Part shown: positions 1-9,052 of the stretch, piece by piece
Numbering within the stretch: the stretch's first letter is position 1
How the letters are laid out: each line of letters opens with the position of its first letter
NCBI RefSeq assembly: GCF_000015585.1
Contig: NC_008789.1
Coordinates: forward strand, 990,001-1,022,000
Origin: Halorhodospira halophila SL1
GTDB lineage: Bacteria; Pseudomonadota; Gammaproteobacteria; Nitrococcales; Halorhodospiraceae
Length of the DNA stretch: 32,000 bases
Reading direction: 5' to 3'
Notes under the pieces: generated by a model
Told to the model about the DNA's origin: nothing
What the model saw: the letters and a program-made list of their open reading frames with translations, nothing else
The model's database searches: none
Made by a program: the position numbers and the translations under genes

Positions 1-102
1 GCCCGCTGCGGCTTGCACCTGGGGCGGGACTATCCGGAGCCCCTGGTCGATCTGGCCACCAGCCGCAAGGAGGCGCTGGCAGCATTCCATGCCCTCGGTT
101 AG
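1..102 (+). CDS. 3' end of a deoxyribodipyrimidine photolyase-like gene (partial; start lies outside the window)
   Basis: Frame +1 reads ...CGLHLGRDYPEPLVDLATSRKEALAAFHALG and stops at TAG 100-102. The G-x-DYP-x-P-[IL]V...R...AL-x-A-[YF] tail resembles the C-terminus of class I CPD photolyases (E. coli PhrB ends ...LDYPQPIVEHKEARVQTLAAYEAA...). Only 33 codons are visible. Confidence 0.5.
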   Translation, partial: ARCGLHLGRDYPEPLVDLATSRKEALAAFHALG

Positions 103-112
103 GGTAGGGCGC

Positions 113-1000
113 ATGACAGCCAGTACTCCCGTTGCCCAGACGCACATCCAGAGCCTGCCGCTGCTGCACAGCGGCAAGGTCCGTGATATCTACGCCGTCG
201 ATGATGAGCGACTGCTGATCGTGGCCACCGATCGGCTCTCCGCCTTCGACGTGATCCTGCCGGACCCGATCCCCGACAAGGGGGCGGTGCTCACGCGGGT
301 CTCGAACTTCTGGTTCCGCAAGACCGCCCACCTGGCCGCCAACCACCTCCTCGACACCCCGCCGGAGTCGGTGGTGGCACCGGAGGAGGCCGATCAGGTG
401 CGCGACCGGGGTGTGGTGGTCCGCCGCCTGCAGGCCCTGCCGGTGGAGGCCATCGTGCGTGGCTACCTGGCCGGTTCCGGGTGGCAGTCGTACCAGCGCG
501 ACGGTACCGTCTCCGGGGTGGCGCTGCCCGACGGCCTGCGCCAGTCGGATCGACTGCCCGAGCCGATCTTCACGCCGACCACGAAGGCCGCGGTCGGCGA
601 CCACGACGAGCCGATCTCCTTCGCGCAGACCGTCGAACGCATCGGCGCCGACCTGGCCGAGCGGATCCGCACCATCGCCCTGGAGGTCTTCGCCCTGGCC
701 ACCGAGTATGCGGAGTCCCGCGGCCTGATCATCGCCGACACCAAGCTGGAGTTCGGTGTCACGCCCGAGGGCGAGCCGGTGATCATCGATGAGCTGCTGA
801 CCCCGGACTCGTCCCGCTTCTGGCCGGCCGACGCCTGGCAGCCCGGTGCCACGCCGCCGGCGTTCGACAAGCAGTACATCCGCGACCACCTGGAGGCGCT
901 GGGCTGGGACAAGCGCCCGCCGGCGCCCCACCTGACCGACGACGTGATCCGCCAGACCGCTGAGAAGTACCGCGAGGCCGAGCGGCTGCTGACGCGCTAG
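113..1000 (+). CDS. purC: Phosphoribosylaminoimidazole-succinocarboxamide (SAICAR) synthase
   Basis: The ORF ending at 1000 contains LLHSGKVRDIYAVDDERLLIVATDRLSAFDVILPDPIPDKGAVLTRVSNFWF and ...IIADTKLEFG..., which are typical PurC motifs. I moved the start to ATG 113 because the upstream photolyase-like frame stops at 102; the track start is ATG 89. Confidence 0.93.
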   Translation: MTASTPVAQTHIQSLPLLHSGKVRDIYAVDDERLLIVATDRLSAFDVILPDPIPDKGAVLTRVSNFWFRKTAHLAANHLLDTPPESVVAPEEADQVRDRGVVVRRLQALPVEAIVRGYLAGSGWQSYQRDGTVSGVALPDGLRQSDRLPEPIFTPTTKAAVGDHDEPISFAQTVERIGADLAERIRTIALEVFALATEYAESRGLIIADTKLEFGVTPEGEPVIIDELLTPDSSRFWPADAWQPGATPPAFDKQYIRDHLEALGWDKRPPAPHLTDDVIRQTAEKYREAERLLTR

Positions 1001-1077
1001 GCGCCCCCGCCGGCGCTCGCGCAGCACCCCCGGACCGCCCGCGGACCTGCAGCGATGGAACGACCCACGGGGCCGAA

Positions 1078-1091
1078 TTGATTATGCACAA
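1078..1091 (+). promoter_or_regulatory. Candidate FNR/CRP-type box TTGAT-N4-CACAA upstream of the Crp/Fnr gene
   Basis: TTGATTATGCACAA matches the TTGAT-N4-ATCAA consensus at 8 of 10 half-site positions. It lies in an AT-richer stretch (1078-1155) just upstream of the preferred ATG 1156. It is regulatory only if 1156, not 1078 or 1084, is the true start. Confidence 0.3.
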
Positions 1092-1155
1092 TACAGACGT
1101 CGCGAATGTGGTAGAGTCCCCCCGTCAGGGCATCAACCCCGCGGAGTGGATTCCC

Positions 1156-1848
1156 ATGGAACCAAGCGACTGCGAGAACTGCGCCATCCGCTCCGTCGCC
1201 CTGTTCGGCGAGATCGACCCACAGACGGTTGCGCAACTTCAGGATCAGGCGCGGGAGTTTCGCGAGCCGGCCGGTACAGTGCTCTACGAGGAGGGCAGCA
1301 ACGCCGACTCGGCCTTCACCCTGCGCGAGGGCATCATCAAGCTGGTGCGCAACCAGCCCGGGGGGCGCGAGCAGATCGTCCGGCTGCTGGTCGGCGGCGA
1401 TTTCTTCGGCGCCGAGGGGCTGTTCGGCGACGGCCATCACCACAGCGCCATCGCCCTCACCCCGGTCTTCCTCTGCCGGCTGCCGAACACCCTGATGGAG
1501 CAGCTGCGCACCGCCGACCCGACCTTCACCAACGCCCTGCTCAACCGCTGGCGGCGGGCCCTCAACGAGGTCGAGACCCTGGCCCTGGACCTGGGCGCAC
1601 GCAAGGCCGAGGAGCGCGTGGCCTCCTTCCTGCTCCACTGGCAGACCAAGCACGGGCGCCAGGCCGAGTGGCTCCCGCTGCCGCTGTCCCGCAGCGAGCT
1701 CGGCGATCTGCTGGGCCTGCGCGTCGAGACGGTGAGCCGGGTGATGGCGCGCTGGAAGCGCGAACGGGTGTTCGAGGAGCGCAGTGGCCACGTGCGCCTG
1801 CTGGCCACGGACGAACTCCATCAACTGGTCGACAACGCCGGCACCTAG
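1156..1848 (+). CDS. Crp/Fnr family transcriptional regulator
   Basis: The protein has a cNMP-binding-like barrel (GTVLYEEGSNADSAFTLREGIIKLV...GGDFFGAEGLF) and a C-terminal HTH (LPLSRSELGDLLGLRVETVSRVMARWKRE). An N-terminal C-x2-C (SDCENCAIRS) and a central Cys (VFLCRLP) recall FNR. I prefer ATG 1156 because GGAG at 1143-1146 sits 9 nt upstream. The track start is TTG 1078, and ATG 1084 is also possible. Confidence 0.85.
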   Translation: MEPSDCENCAIRSVALFGEIDPQTVAQLQDQAREFREPAGTVLYEEGSNADSAFTLREGIIKLVRNQPGGREQIVRLLVGGDFFGAEGLFGDGHHHSAIALTPVFLCRLPNTLMEQLRTADPTFTNALLNRWRRALNEVETLALDLGARKAEERVASFLLHWQTKHGRQAEWLPLPLSRSELGDLLGLRVETVSRVMARWKRERVFEERSGHVRLLATDELHQLVDNAGT

Positions 1849-1897
1849 CCCCTTGGGCGGCAACCCTGCCGCCCTCGGCAAGCTTCCACGGACGCCA

Positions 1898-1938
1898 TAA
1901 CGAAAGCCGCCCCACCCGGTGACACCGGATGGGGCGGC
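1898..1938 (-). terminator. Rho-independent terminator downstream of gap, possibly also serving the convergent Crp/Fnr gene
   Basis: A perfect hairpin GCCGCCCCA-CCGGTG-A-CACCGG-ATGGGGCGGC spans 1906-1938. On the minus strand it is followed by TTTCGTTAT. It lies between the convergent stops at 1848 and 1969. Confidence 0.55.
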
Positions 1939-1968
1939 CGTCACGCCGTGGGCGCGAACCGATGCGCG

Positions 1969-2979
1969 TCAGGCGCGCATCAGCGCCACGGTGGTGTCGA
2001 GCATGCGGTTGGAGAAGCCCCACTCGTTGTCGTACCAGGCGCAGGCCTTGATCAGGCGGCTGCCCATGGCGCGGGTGAGGGTGGCATCGAAGATGCTCGA
2101 CGACGGGTTGTGGTTGAAGTCGATGGAGACCAGCGGGTCCTCGTTGTAGGCGAGCACACCGGCCAACTCACCCTGGGCCGCGGCCTTCACCACCTCATTG
2201 ACCTCTTCGACGCTGGTGTCCCGGGACGCGGTGAAGGTGAGATCCACCAGCGAGACGTTGATCGTCGGCACGCGGATGGCGAAGCCGTCGAGCTTGCCGT
2301 TGAGCTCCGGCAGTACCAGGCCCACCGCGGCAGCGGCACCGGTCTTGGTCGGGATCTGGGAATGGGTGGCACTGCGAGCGCGGCGCAGGTCGCTATGATA
2401 GACGTCGGTCAGGACCTGGTCGTTGGTATAGGCGTGGACCGTGGTCATCAGTCCGCCCTCGAGCCCGATCTTGTCCTGGATGGCCTTGACCATGGGTGCC
2501 AGGCAGTTGGTGGTGCAGGAGGCGTTGGAGACCACCTCGAGCCCCGAGGTCATCTGCTGGTGGTTGACGCCGTAGACGAAGGTGCCGTCGACGTCCTTGC
2601 CGCCGGGGGCGGAGATCACGACCTTCTTGGCGCCGGCCTGGATGTGGGCGCTGGCCTTCTCCTTGGTGGTGAACAGCCCGGTGCACTCCATGACGACATC
2701 GACCCCGAGATCTTTCCACGGCAGATCGGCGGGGTTGCGCTCGGCGCAGACCTTGATGCGGTCACCGTTGACCACCAGGTCGCCGCCCTCCACCTGCACA
2801 TCGCCGGGGAAGCGGCCGTGGGCCGTGTCGTAGCGGGTCAGATGGGCGTTGGTCTCGGCATCGCCGAGGTCGTTGATGGCGACGATGCGGATCTCGTCGG
2901 TGCGGCCACTCTCGTAGAGCGCGCGCAGGACATTGCGGCCGATACGCCCGTAACCGTTGATCGCTACGTTGATGGTCAT
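1969..2979 (-). CDS. gap: Type I glyceraldehyde-3-phosphate dehydrogenase
   Basis: The N-terminus [21 protein letters not shown], the active-site [12 protein letters not shown] and the motif [11 protein letters not shown] are all present. GGAGGAGG lies upstream of the ATG on the minus strand. Confidence 0.96.
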   Translation of the reverse strand: MTINVAINGYGRIGRNVLRALYESGRTDEIRIVAINDLGDAETNAHLTRYDTAHGRFPGDVQVEGGDLVVNGDRIKVCAERNPADLPWKDLGVDVVMECTGLFTTKEKASAHIQAGAKKVVISAPGGKDVDGTFVYGVNHQQMTSGLEVVSNASCTTNCLAPMVKAIQDKIGLEGGLMTTVHAYTNDQVLTDVYHSDLRRARSATHSQIPTKTGAAAAVGLVLPELNGKLDGFAIRVPTINVSLVDLTFTASRDTSVEEVNEVVKAAAQGELAGVLAYNEDPLVSIDFNHNPSSSIFDATLTRAMGSRLIKACAWYDNEWGFSNRMLDTTVALMRA

Positions 2980-3182
2980 GGATCCTCCTCCCTCATTACG
3001 CTTTCATCTTGAATCTGCTGCGGTACTCGACGGCGCCCCCGACGCCCTGCACCGCTTCCGTTGCGTCGAAACGGCGACCGCGGCAGTGTAACCGATCCGT
3101 CCGCGCTGCGGGGATACGGGCCATCAAGATTGAGGATGCCGGTAATTAGCTGGTGCGATAGCTGATTTGTCAGGGGCTTGCC

Positions 3183-4343
3183 ATGGATGATCACTACCTT
3201 TTCACCTCGGAATCCGTCTCGGAGGCCCATCCCGACAAGATGGCCGACCGCATCTCCGACGCCGTGGTCGATGCCGCCCTCGCCGCCGACCGCCACGCCC
3301 GCGTGGCCTGCGAGACGGCCGTCAAGACCGGCATGGTGCTGCTCTTCGGCGAGCTGACCACCTCGGCGCACATCGACTTCGAGCGGGTGGTCCGCGACGC
3401 GGTGCGCGATCTGGGCTACAGCGGATCGCACCTGGGCTTCGATGCCGACACCTGCGCCGTACTCCAGGCCCTGGGGCAGCAGTCCCCGGACATCGCCCGG
3501 GGGGTCGACCAGGGCGATCCCGAGGCCCAGGGCGCCGGGGATCAGGGCCTGATGTTCGGCTATGCCTGCGACGACACCCCAGCGCTGATGCCGGCTCCGG
3601 TCCACTACGCCCACCGGCTGATGGAGCGCCACGCCCGGCTGCGCCGCGCCGGGAGCTTGCCGTGGCTGCGCCCGGATGCCAAGTGCCAGGTCACCTGTCG
3701 CTACGCCGACGGCGAGCCGGTGGCCATCGACGCGGTGGTGCTGTCCACGCAACACGGTGAGGCAGCCGACCTGGAGACGGTGCGCGAGGCGGTCATCGAG
3801 GAGATCCTGCGGCCCACCCTGCCGGCGGCCTGGCTGGACGACCAGACCCGCTTCTACATCAACCCCACCGGGCGCTTCGTCACCGGCGGGCCGCTAGGCG
3901 ATGCCGGGCTGACCGGGCGCAAGGTGGTGGTCGACACCTACGGCGGCATCGCCCGGGTGGGCGGCGGCTGCTTCTCGGGCAAGGACCCTTCCAAGGTGGA
4001 CCGCTCGGCGGCCTACGCCTGCCGCTACGTGGCCAAGAATCTGGTGGCGGCTGGCCTGGCACGCCGCTGCGAGGTTCAGGTGGCCTACGCCATCGGCGTC
4101 GCCGAGCCGGTCTCGATCTCGGTGGAGACTTTCGGCACCGGGACCCTGCCCCGGGAGCGGCTGACGGAGCTGGTCCGCCGCCACTTTGATCTGCGCCCCT
4201 ACGCCATCATCCGCGATCTGAACCTGCTGCGGCCGATCTATCAGTCCACCGCCGCCCACGGGCACTTTGGCCGCGACGGGGAGACCTTCACCTGGGAGCG
4301 CACCGACCGCGCCGAGGCCCTGGCGGCGGACGCCGGGGGCTAG
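3183..4343 (+). CDS. metK: S-adenosylmethionine synthetase
   Basis: The sequence contains [59 protein letters not shown] and [18 protein letters not shown]. These are canonical MetK motifs. Confidence 0.97.
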   Translation: MDDHYLFTSESVSEAHPDKMADRISDAVVDAALAADRHARVACETAVKTGMVLLFGELTTSAHIDFERVVRDAVRDLGYSGSHLGFDADTCAVLQALGQQSPDIARGVDQGDPEAQGAGDQGLMFGYACDDTPALMPAPVHYAHRLMERHARLRRAGSLPWLRPDAKCQVTCRYADGEPVAIDAVVLSTQHGEAADLETVREAVIEEILRPTLPAAWLDDQTRFYINPTGRFVTGGPLGDAGLTGRKVVVDTYGGIARVGGGCFSGKDPSKVDRSAAYACRYVAKNLVAAGLARRCEVQVAYAIGVAEPVSISVETFGTGTLPRERLTELVRRHFDLRPYAIIRDLNLLRPIYQSTAAHGHFGRDGETFTWERTDRAEALAADAGG

Positions 4344-4375
4344 CGCACACGAACACCTCGAGCAGGAGGGCGAGC

Positions 4376-5152
4376 ATGGCGTTGAACTGGATCCCGGCAG
4401 GGGGCGAGGTCCTGATCCAGGGGGCGAGCCGCGGCATCGGGCTGAACGGGGTCGAGCAGTGCCTGGCGCAGCCGCACATCGGCCGGGTCTGGGCGTCGTG
4501 TCGAAACCCCGACCAGGCGGAGGCGCTGCAGGCGCTGGCGGGCGCCCACCCGGACCGGCTGCGGCTGCTGACCCTGGACGTCACCGACGAGGCCACCGTG
4601 CGCGCTGCGGCGGCGGAGGTCCAGGCCGCCGAGGGGCGGCTGCACCTGGTGGTGAATGCTGCCGGGCTGTTGCACGACCGAGCGCGGCGGATCCGTCCGG
4701 AAAAGCGCCTGGAGGATGTCTCGCCGGAGGCCCTGGCGGCGCTGTTCCAGGTCAACGCCGCTGGCCCGCTGCTGGTGGCGCGCCACTTCCTGCCACGGCT
4801 CGAGCACGGCGATCCGGCGGTCTTCGCGGCGATCTCAGCACGGGTGGGGTCGATTGGCGACAATCGCAAGGGAGGGTGGTACGCCTACCGGGGGTCGAAG
4901 GCGGCGCTGAATCAGTTGATCCGCACCCTGGCCGTGGAGCTGCGCCGACGGGCGCCGGCGGTGACGTGCGTATCGCTGCACCCGGGGACCACGGATACGG
5001 ACCTCTCGGCGCCGTTCCAGGCCTGGGTGCCGGCGGAGCAGTTGTTTGCGCCGGAGCGGACGGTGCGCCAGCTGCTGGCGGTGATCGACGACCTTGCCCC
5101 GGAGGACAGCGGGGGCTTCTTCGCCTGGGATGGGCAGCCGATCCCCTGGTGA
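4376..5152 (+). CDS. Short-chain dehydrogenase/reductase (SDR) family oxidoreductase
   Basis: A glycine-rich dinucleotide motif (VLIQGASRGIGL) and the catalytic Y-x3-K (YAYRGSKAALN) are present. It starts 32 nt after metK and is probably co-transcribed with it. Confidence 0.8.
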   Translation: MALNWIPAGGEVLIQGASRGIGLNGVEQCLAQPHIGRVWASCRNPDQAEALQALAGAHPDRLRLLTLDVTDEATVRAAAAEVQAAEGRLHLVVNAAGLLHDRARRIRPEKRLEDVSPEALAALFQVNAAGPLLVARHFLPRLEHGDPAVFAAISARVGSIGDNRKGGWYAYRGSKAALNQLIRTLAVELRRRAPAVTCVSLHPGTTDTDLSAPFQAWVPAEQLFAPERTVRQLLAVIDDLAPEDSGGFFAWDGQPIPW

Positions 5153-5158
5153 GGGCGC

Positions 5159-5426
5159 GCGGTGCGGCTACCCTGCGGTTGGGAGGGGGCGGTCCCCGGG
5201 GGTCCGCTGTACGCGCCCCGCCTGACGGCGGGGTCCCCTGCGCGGCTCACCCCGGCGGGGCCGCTCGCTTAACTCGCGGCGCTGCGCGCCGCTCGGACAA
5301 AACCTCGCTGATCAGCGCGAACCGGCAAAGGTTCGCGCTGAACCCCCGCCGGGGCTGCGCTGCTCGGCGCGTCCAGAAGGGACCCCCGGGGACCGCCCCC
5401 TCCCAACCGCAGGGCAGTGGCACCGC
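5159..5426. repeat. MITE-like or REP-like palindromic element with 47-bp terminal inverted repeats and internal hairpins
   Basis: The left arm 5159-5205 is GCGGTGCGGCTACCCTGCGGTTGGGAGGGGGCGGTCCCCGGGGGTCC. The reverse complement of 5380-5426 matches it at 44 of 47 positions. The core holds an 11-bp-stem hairpin CAGCGCGAACC-GGCAAA-GGTTCGCGCTG (5313-5340) and CCCCGCC-TGAC-GGCGGGG (5216-5233). It lies between convergent genes and contains no credible ORF. Confidence 0.6.
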
Positions 5427-5445
5427 GGCCGCCCACCGCGGGCTA

Positions 5446-6324
5446 TCAACCGGCCCCCGTGACCGCCTGGGCCAGCCCGGCGAACCCCTCCTGCCCACAC
5501 TTGGCCCCGGCCAGGCGATTGGCCCAGCGCAGCGCCGGCTCCGCCGCCTCACCGCGGCTGAGGGCGTCGATGACCCCGGCGTTGAAGCAATCGCCGGCGC
5601 CCACCGCGTCCACCACCCGCGCCGGCGGCCAGGCCGGCTGGTGGTGGAGGGTCCCGTCGGTGTGCCGCAGCCAACCGCCGTCCGCCCCCCAGGCGCAGAA
5701 GGTCAGACTGCTGCCGGGCGCCGCAGCCAGGAAGGCCCGAGGATCGGCCGCACCGGTGGCCAACGCAAAGGCACGGGCGTAGATCACCACATCGGCCACC
5801 TCGGCCAGGGTATGGATCTCCGCCCGCGGCTTCTCGATCTCCACCGAGATCGGTACTCCGGGGGCCCGGTGTCGGGCGTCGCGGATCATGGCCCGGGTAT
5901 TCGACACGTTGCGCCCCTCGAAGTGGAGCCAGTCGACTCCCCCCAGCGGCACCGCAGCGAAATCCGCCGCAGTGAGTTCGGGCAGATCGCGGTGGTGGAC
6001 GATGGTCCGCGAGCCGGTGGCGCGGCTGACCGTGATGTACGAGACCGGTGAGCGCCCTCCGGGGTGCACCGGTGCATGGCCGTGGTCGATACCCCGCTCG
6101 GCCAGCGCCGCAGCGATGCGCCCGGCGTCCGGGTCGTCGGCCAGCACCCCCAGCCAGCGACCGTGGTGACCGAGCTGCGCCAGCACATCCAGGGTGTTGG
6201 CGGCATTGCCGCCCCGGGCCACCCGCTGCGCGATGGCCCGCACCTCGTCGTCTTCAGCCGGGTACTGCTCGGTGGTGTTGATGATATCGAGGGTGGCCAC
6301 CCCTACGGCCAGGATCGACGGCAT
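5446..6324 (-). CDS. PfkB-family carbohydrate kinase (ribokinase/ketohexokinase-like)
   Basis: The N-terminus ILAVGVATLDIINTTEQYPAEDDEVRA...RGGNAANT and the C-terminal DAVGAGDCFNAG (PfkB signature 2, with the DxxGAGD anion hole) are both present. Confidence 0.82.
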   Translation of the reverse strand: MPSILAVGVATLDIINTTEQYPAEDDEVRAIAQRVARGGNAANTLDVLAQLGHHGRWLGVLADDPDAGRIAAALAERGIDHGHAPVHPGGRSPVSYITVSRATGSRTIVHHRDLPELTAADFAAVPLGGVDWLHFEGRNVSNTRAMIRDARHRAPGVPISVEIEKPRAEIHTLAEVADVVIYARAFALATGAADPRAFLAAAPGSSLTFCAWGADGGWLRHTDGTLHHQPAWPPARVVDAVGAGDCFNAGVIDALSRGEAAEPALRWANRLAGAKCGQEGFAGLAQAVTGAG

Positions 6325-6381
6325 GGTTCGGCTCCTTCCGCTGGCTGCTTTGGAGCAGGAGCAACTGCGGCGTCGCCGGGG

Positions 6382-6774
6382 TCAGTCGCTGCCCTGCTCC
6401 GGATCCCGCCCGAGCAGGTCGCCGAGCCCCGCGAAGGGCGAGTGCGTCGACTGGGGGGCGGCCCCGCGGCCCTTGCGGCGCGGCTGCTCGGGACCGGTGG
6501 CCGGGCCGATCTCGCGCTGGTGCTCGTGATCGTGGCAGTAGAGGCAGAGCAGCTCCCAGTTGCTGCCGTCCTCGGGGTTGTGGTCGTGGTTGTGGTCGAT
6601 GTGGTGGACCGTGAGTTCGCGGACGTTGCGCCGATCGAATTCGCGCCCACACCGCCCGCACACCCAGGGGAAGCGCTTCAGTGCCTTCTCCCGGTAGCCG
6701 TGTTCGCGCTGCGCGCGCTCCTGCTGGGCGCGGGCGACAATGGCGTCCAGGCGTTTCCCGTCGGGCTGCCCCAT
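6382..6774 (-). CDS. yajD: HNH endonuclease family protein YajD
   Basis: HGYREKALKRFPWVCGRCGREFDRRNVRELTVHHIDHNHDHNPEDGSNWELLCLYCHDHEH is nearly colinear with E. coli YajD. I placed the start at ATG 6774 (MGQPDG...). The track's longer 194-aa ORF has an Arg/Trp-rich, implausible N-terminus. Confidence 0.85.
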   Translation of the reverse strand: MGQPDGKRLDAIVARAQQERAQREHGYREKALKRFPWVCGRCGREFDRRNVRELTVHHIDHNHDHNPEDGSNWELLCLYCHDHEHQREIGPATGPEQPRRKGRGAAPQSTHSPFAGLGDLLGRDPEQGSD

Positions 6775-6892
6775 GGCTGACCTCCCTGATCCGGCTCGAT
6801 GGACCTCATACACCGCCCATAGTAGCCAGCCGCCGCCGGCGTGACCACGGCGCCACAGCACCACCGGTCGACCCAGGCGCTGGCACCGGTCC

Positions 6893-7510
6893 TCACCCGG
6901 TGATGTACGGCGCCTGACGCAGGTAACGGTCGTCGCCCAGCTGCTCGAGCAGGAACGTCGCCACATCGGCCCGGCTGACCGACCCGGCGCCGGTGTCGTG
7001 ATCCGTGCCGGCGCGCCACTCGCCCCGCCCCGGTCGGTTGGTCAGCCGCCCGGGGCGCACCACCACCCAGTCGCGATCGCTGGCAGCCAGGACCTGCTCG
7101 AGGCGCTCCTTATCCGTCATCAGACCCTTCATCAGGGTGCGGATCAGCAGCCGGAAGACCACCGACACCTGGGCGTAGCTGTCCCCCACCCCCATGGCCG
7201 AGACCGCCACCACCCGCGGGACGCCCTGCTGCTGCATGGCCTCGACGATCACCCGGGTGCCCTCACTGCACAACCGCGGCGGGTTGCGACGGGTCTGCCC
7301 CAGGGCGATGACCGCGCCATCGCAGTCGTAGAGGGCCCGGCCCACGGCCTCGGGATCGAGCACGTCGCCGACCACCACCTCGACCCCGGGCAGCTCCGGC
7401 ACCCGATCGGCGCTGCGCGCCAGCACCCGGCACCGCCATCCGCGCCCCAGGGCCTGGCGCACCACCTCGGCCCCGACGCCGCGGGTCCCACCAAACACCG
7501 CAATTTTCAT
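6893..7510 (-). CDS. NAD(P)H-binding (atypical SDR / flavin-reductase-like) protein
   Basis: The protein begins with the Rossmann motif MKIAVFGGTRGVGAEVVRQAL and contains VVVRPGRLTN later on. ATG 7510 is preceded by AAGGGGAGG on the minus strand. The track's upstream extension looks non-coding. Confidence 0.75.
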   Translation of the reverse strand: MKIAVFGGTRGVGAEVVRQALGRGWRCRVLARSADRVPELPGVEVVVGDVLDPEAVGRALYDCDGAVIALGQTRRNPPRLCSEGTRVIVEAMQQQGVPRVVAVSAMGVGDSYAQVSVVFRLLIRTLMKGLMTDKERLEQVLAASDRDWVVVRPGRLTNRPGRGEWRAGTDHDTGAGSVSRADVATFLLEQLGDDRYLRQAPYITG

Positions 7511-7739
7511 AGATGATTTTCCTCCCCTTGGGAAGTTGAGTGTGCTACAGTCCACCCGTGTTTGCAGAGGCGCCCCCAAAATTTGGCGCCCCAGGTTACC
7601 GCCCGACGCTCCTGCGCGATCCCGGCTCGGTACCCTCGAACCGGTCGTGGATCGATCCGCCAAGGCCTTTCCTCGATGTTCCTCTCACTACCGGCGCTCG
7701 CGTCGGCGCCTTGGCGTGTCCTGATCCAGGAGTGTCTCT

Positions 7740-8951
7740 ATGACCTTTGAGAATATCGGCCTTTCCCAAGAACTGCTCCGCGCCGTTGCCCAGCAGGGCT
7801 ACGACCAACCCACCGCCATCCAGGCCCAGGCCATCCCGGCGGTTCTAGGCGGCGGCGACGTCATGGCCAGCGCCCAGACCGGCACCGGCAAGACCGCGGC
7901 ATTCACCCTGCCGCTGCTCCAGCGCCTGAGCGACACCGCCCCGCAGCAGGGCCAGCGACGCATCCGCGCCCTGGTGCTGACCCCCACCCGCGAGCTGGCG
8001 GCCCAGGTCAGCGAGAGCGTGGCCACCTACGGGCGTCACCTGCCGCTGCGCTCTACGGAGATCTACGGCGGTGCCCCCATGGGCAAACAGACCGCCGCCC
8101 TGCGCCGCGGCGTCGACATTGTCGTAGCCACGCCGGGCCGGCTGATCGACCATCTGGACCGGGGCAACGTCGACCTCCGCCATGTGGACATGCTGATCCT
8201 CGATGAGGCCGACCGCATGCTCGACATGGGCTTCAAGCCGGCCATCGAGCGGATCCTCAAGTCGGTGCCGAACCAGCGGCAGACGCTGCTCTTCTCGGCC
8301 ACCTTCTCCGGCGCTGTCGGCGGCCTGGCGCGCCGCTTCCTGAACGAGCCGACGGTCATCGAGGCCGGCACCGCCAATGCCGCTGCCGAGGCGGTGGAAC
8401 AGGGGGCGTACTTCGTCGACGCCGGGCGCAAGCGCGAGCTGCTCACCCAACTGATCAACGACGGCGACTGGCGCCAGGTGCTGGTCTTCACCCGCACCAA
8501 GCGGGGCGCCGACCGCCTGGCCGAACAGCTCGAGCGCGAGGGCATCCGCTCGCAATCGATCCACGGCGACAAGAGCCAGGGCCAGCGCGGCCGGGCGCTG
8601 GCGGCGTTCAAGCGCAAGTCGGTCCGCGCCCTGGTGGCCACCGACGTGGCGGCCCGCGGCCTGGACATCGCCGGTCTGCCCCACGTGGTCAACTACGACC
8701 TGCCGAACAACCCCGAGGACTACATCCACCGCATCGGCCGCACCGGCCGCGGCGGGGACAGCGGCGAGGCGTGGTCGCTGGTCGGCGGTGAGGAGCGGGG
8801 CCAGTTCAAGGCCATCCAGCGGCTGGTCAAGCGGGAGATCCCGGCGCAGATCGCTCAGGGCTTCGAGCCGGTCCGGCGGGGGGGTAGCGCCCCCACGCGG
8901 CGCAATAACCCGCGCCGCGGTCAGGGCGGGCGGCCCGGTCGCGCGGCCTAA
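7740..8951 (+). CDS. rhlE: DEAD-box ATP-dependent RNA helicase (RhlE-like)
   Basis: A Q-motif region, AQTGTGKT (motif I), PTRELA, the DEAD box (ILDEADRMLDMGF), SAT, ARGLD, HRIGRTGR and a basic Arg/Gly-rich tail are all present. Confidence 0.92.
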   Translation: MTFENIGLSQELLRAVAQQGYDQPTAIQAQAIPAVLGGGDVMASAQTGTGKTAAFTLPLLQRLSDTAPQQGQRRIRALVLTPTRELAAQVSESVATYGRHLPLRSTEIYGGAPMGKQTAALRRGVDIVVATPGRLIDHLDRGNVDLRHVDMLILDEADRMLDMGFKPAIERILKSVPNQRQTLLFSATFSGAVGGLARRFLNEPTVIEAGTANAAAEAVEQGAYFVDAGRKRELLTQLINDGDWRQVLVFTRTKRGADRLAEQLEREGIRSQSIHGDKSQGQRGRALAAFKRKSVRALVATDVAARGLDIAGLPHVVNYDLPNNPEDYIHRIGRTGRGGDSGEAWSLVGGEERGQFKAIQRLVKREIPAQIAQGFEPVRRGGSAPTRRNNPRRGQGGRPGRAA

Positions 8952-8994
8952 GGCCTGCAACACCAACGGCCCGGCCCAGCGCCGGGCCAGAAGA

Positions 8995-9030
8995 GGGGGG
9001 TGTCGCCGCGGCGGCACCCCCCTTTTTCTT
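8995..9030 (+). terminator. Rho-independent terminator after rhlE
   Basis: The stem GGGGGGTG...CACCCCCC (8995-9022) is followed by TTTTTCTT (9023-9030). A second hairpin GGCCCGGC-CCAG-CGCCGGGCC lies at 8968-8988. The site is between the convergent genes rhlE and the M42 peptidase gene. Confidence 0.65.
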
Positions 9031-9052
9031 GGCCCGGAGCCCGGTACGGGTA

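Noticed and set aside
2980-3182. A possible SAM riboswitch in the 200-bp leader upstream of metK
   Set aside because: I could not fit the sequence (..ATTAGCTGGTGCGATAGCTGATTTGTCAGGGGCTTGCC..) to the SAM-I, SAM-II/V or SAM-SAH consensus structures from memory with any confidence. The region is also the divergent gap/metK promoter region. A covariance-model scan (Infernal/Rfam) would be needed.
6064-6780. A plus-strand ORF with a poly-Val run (VVVVVVVDVVD)
   Set aside because: It is the antisense image of the His/Asp-rich HNH core of yajD (HHIDHNHDHN) and of pfkB, so it is not a real gene.
7511-7739. A structured 229-nt leader upstream of rhlE (GGCGCC-N10-GGCGCC at 7569-7590, and GGCGC..GGCGCC near 7692-7709)
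   Set aside because: The stems are short (5-6 bp) and built from self-complementary GC hexamers that are common in this DNA. There is no recognisable regulatory RNA motif. Long leaders are usual for DEAD-box helicase genes.
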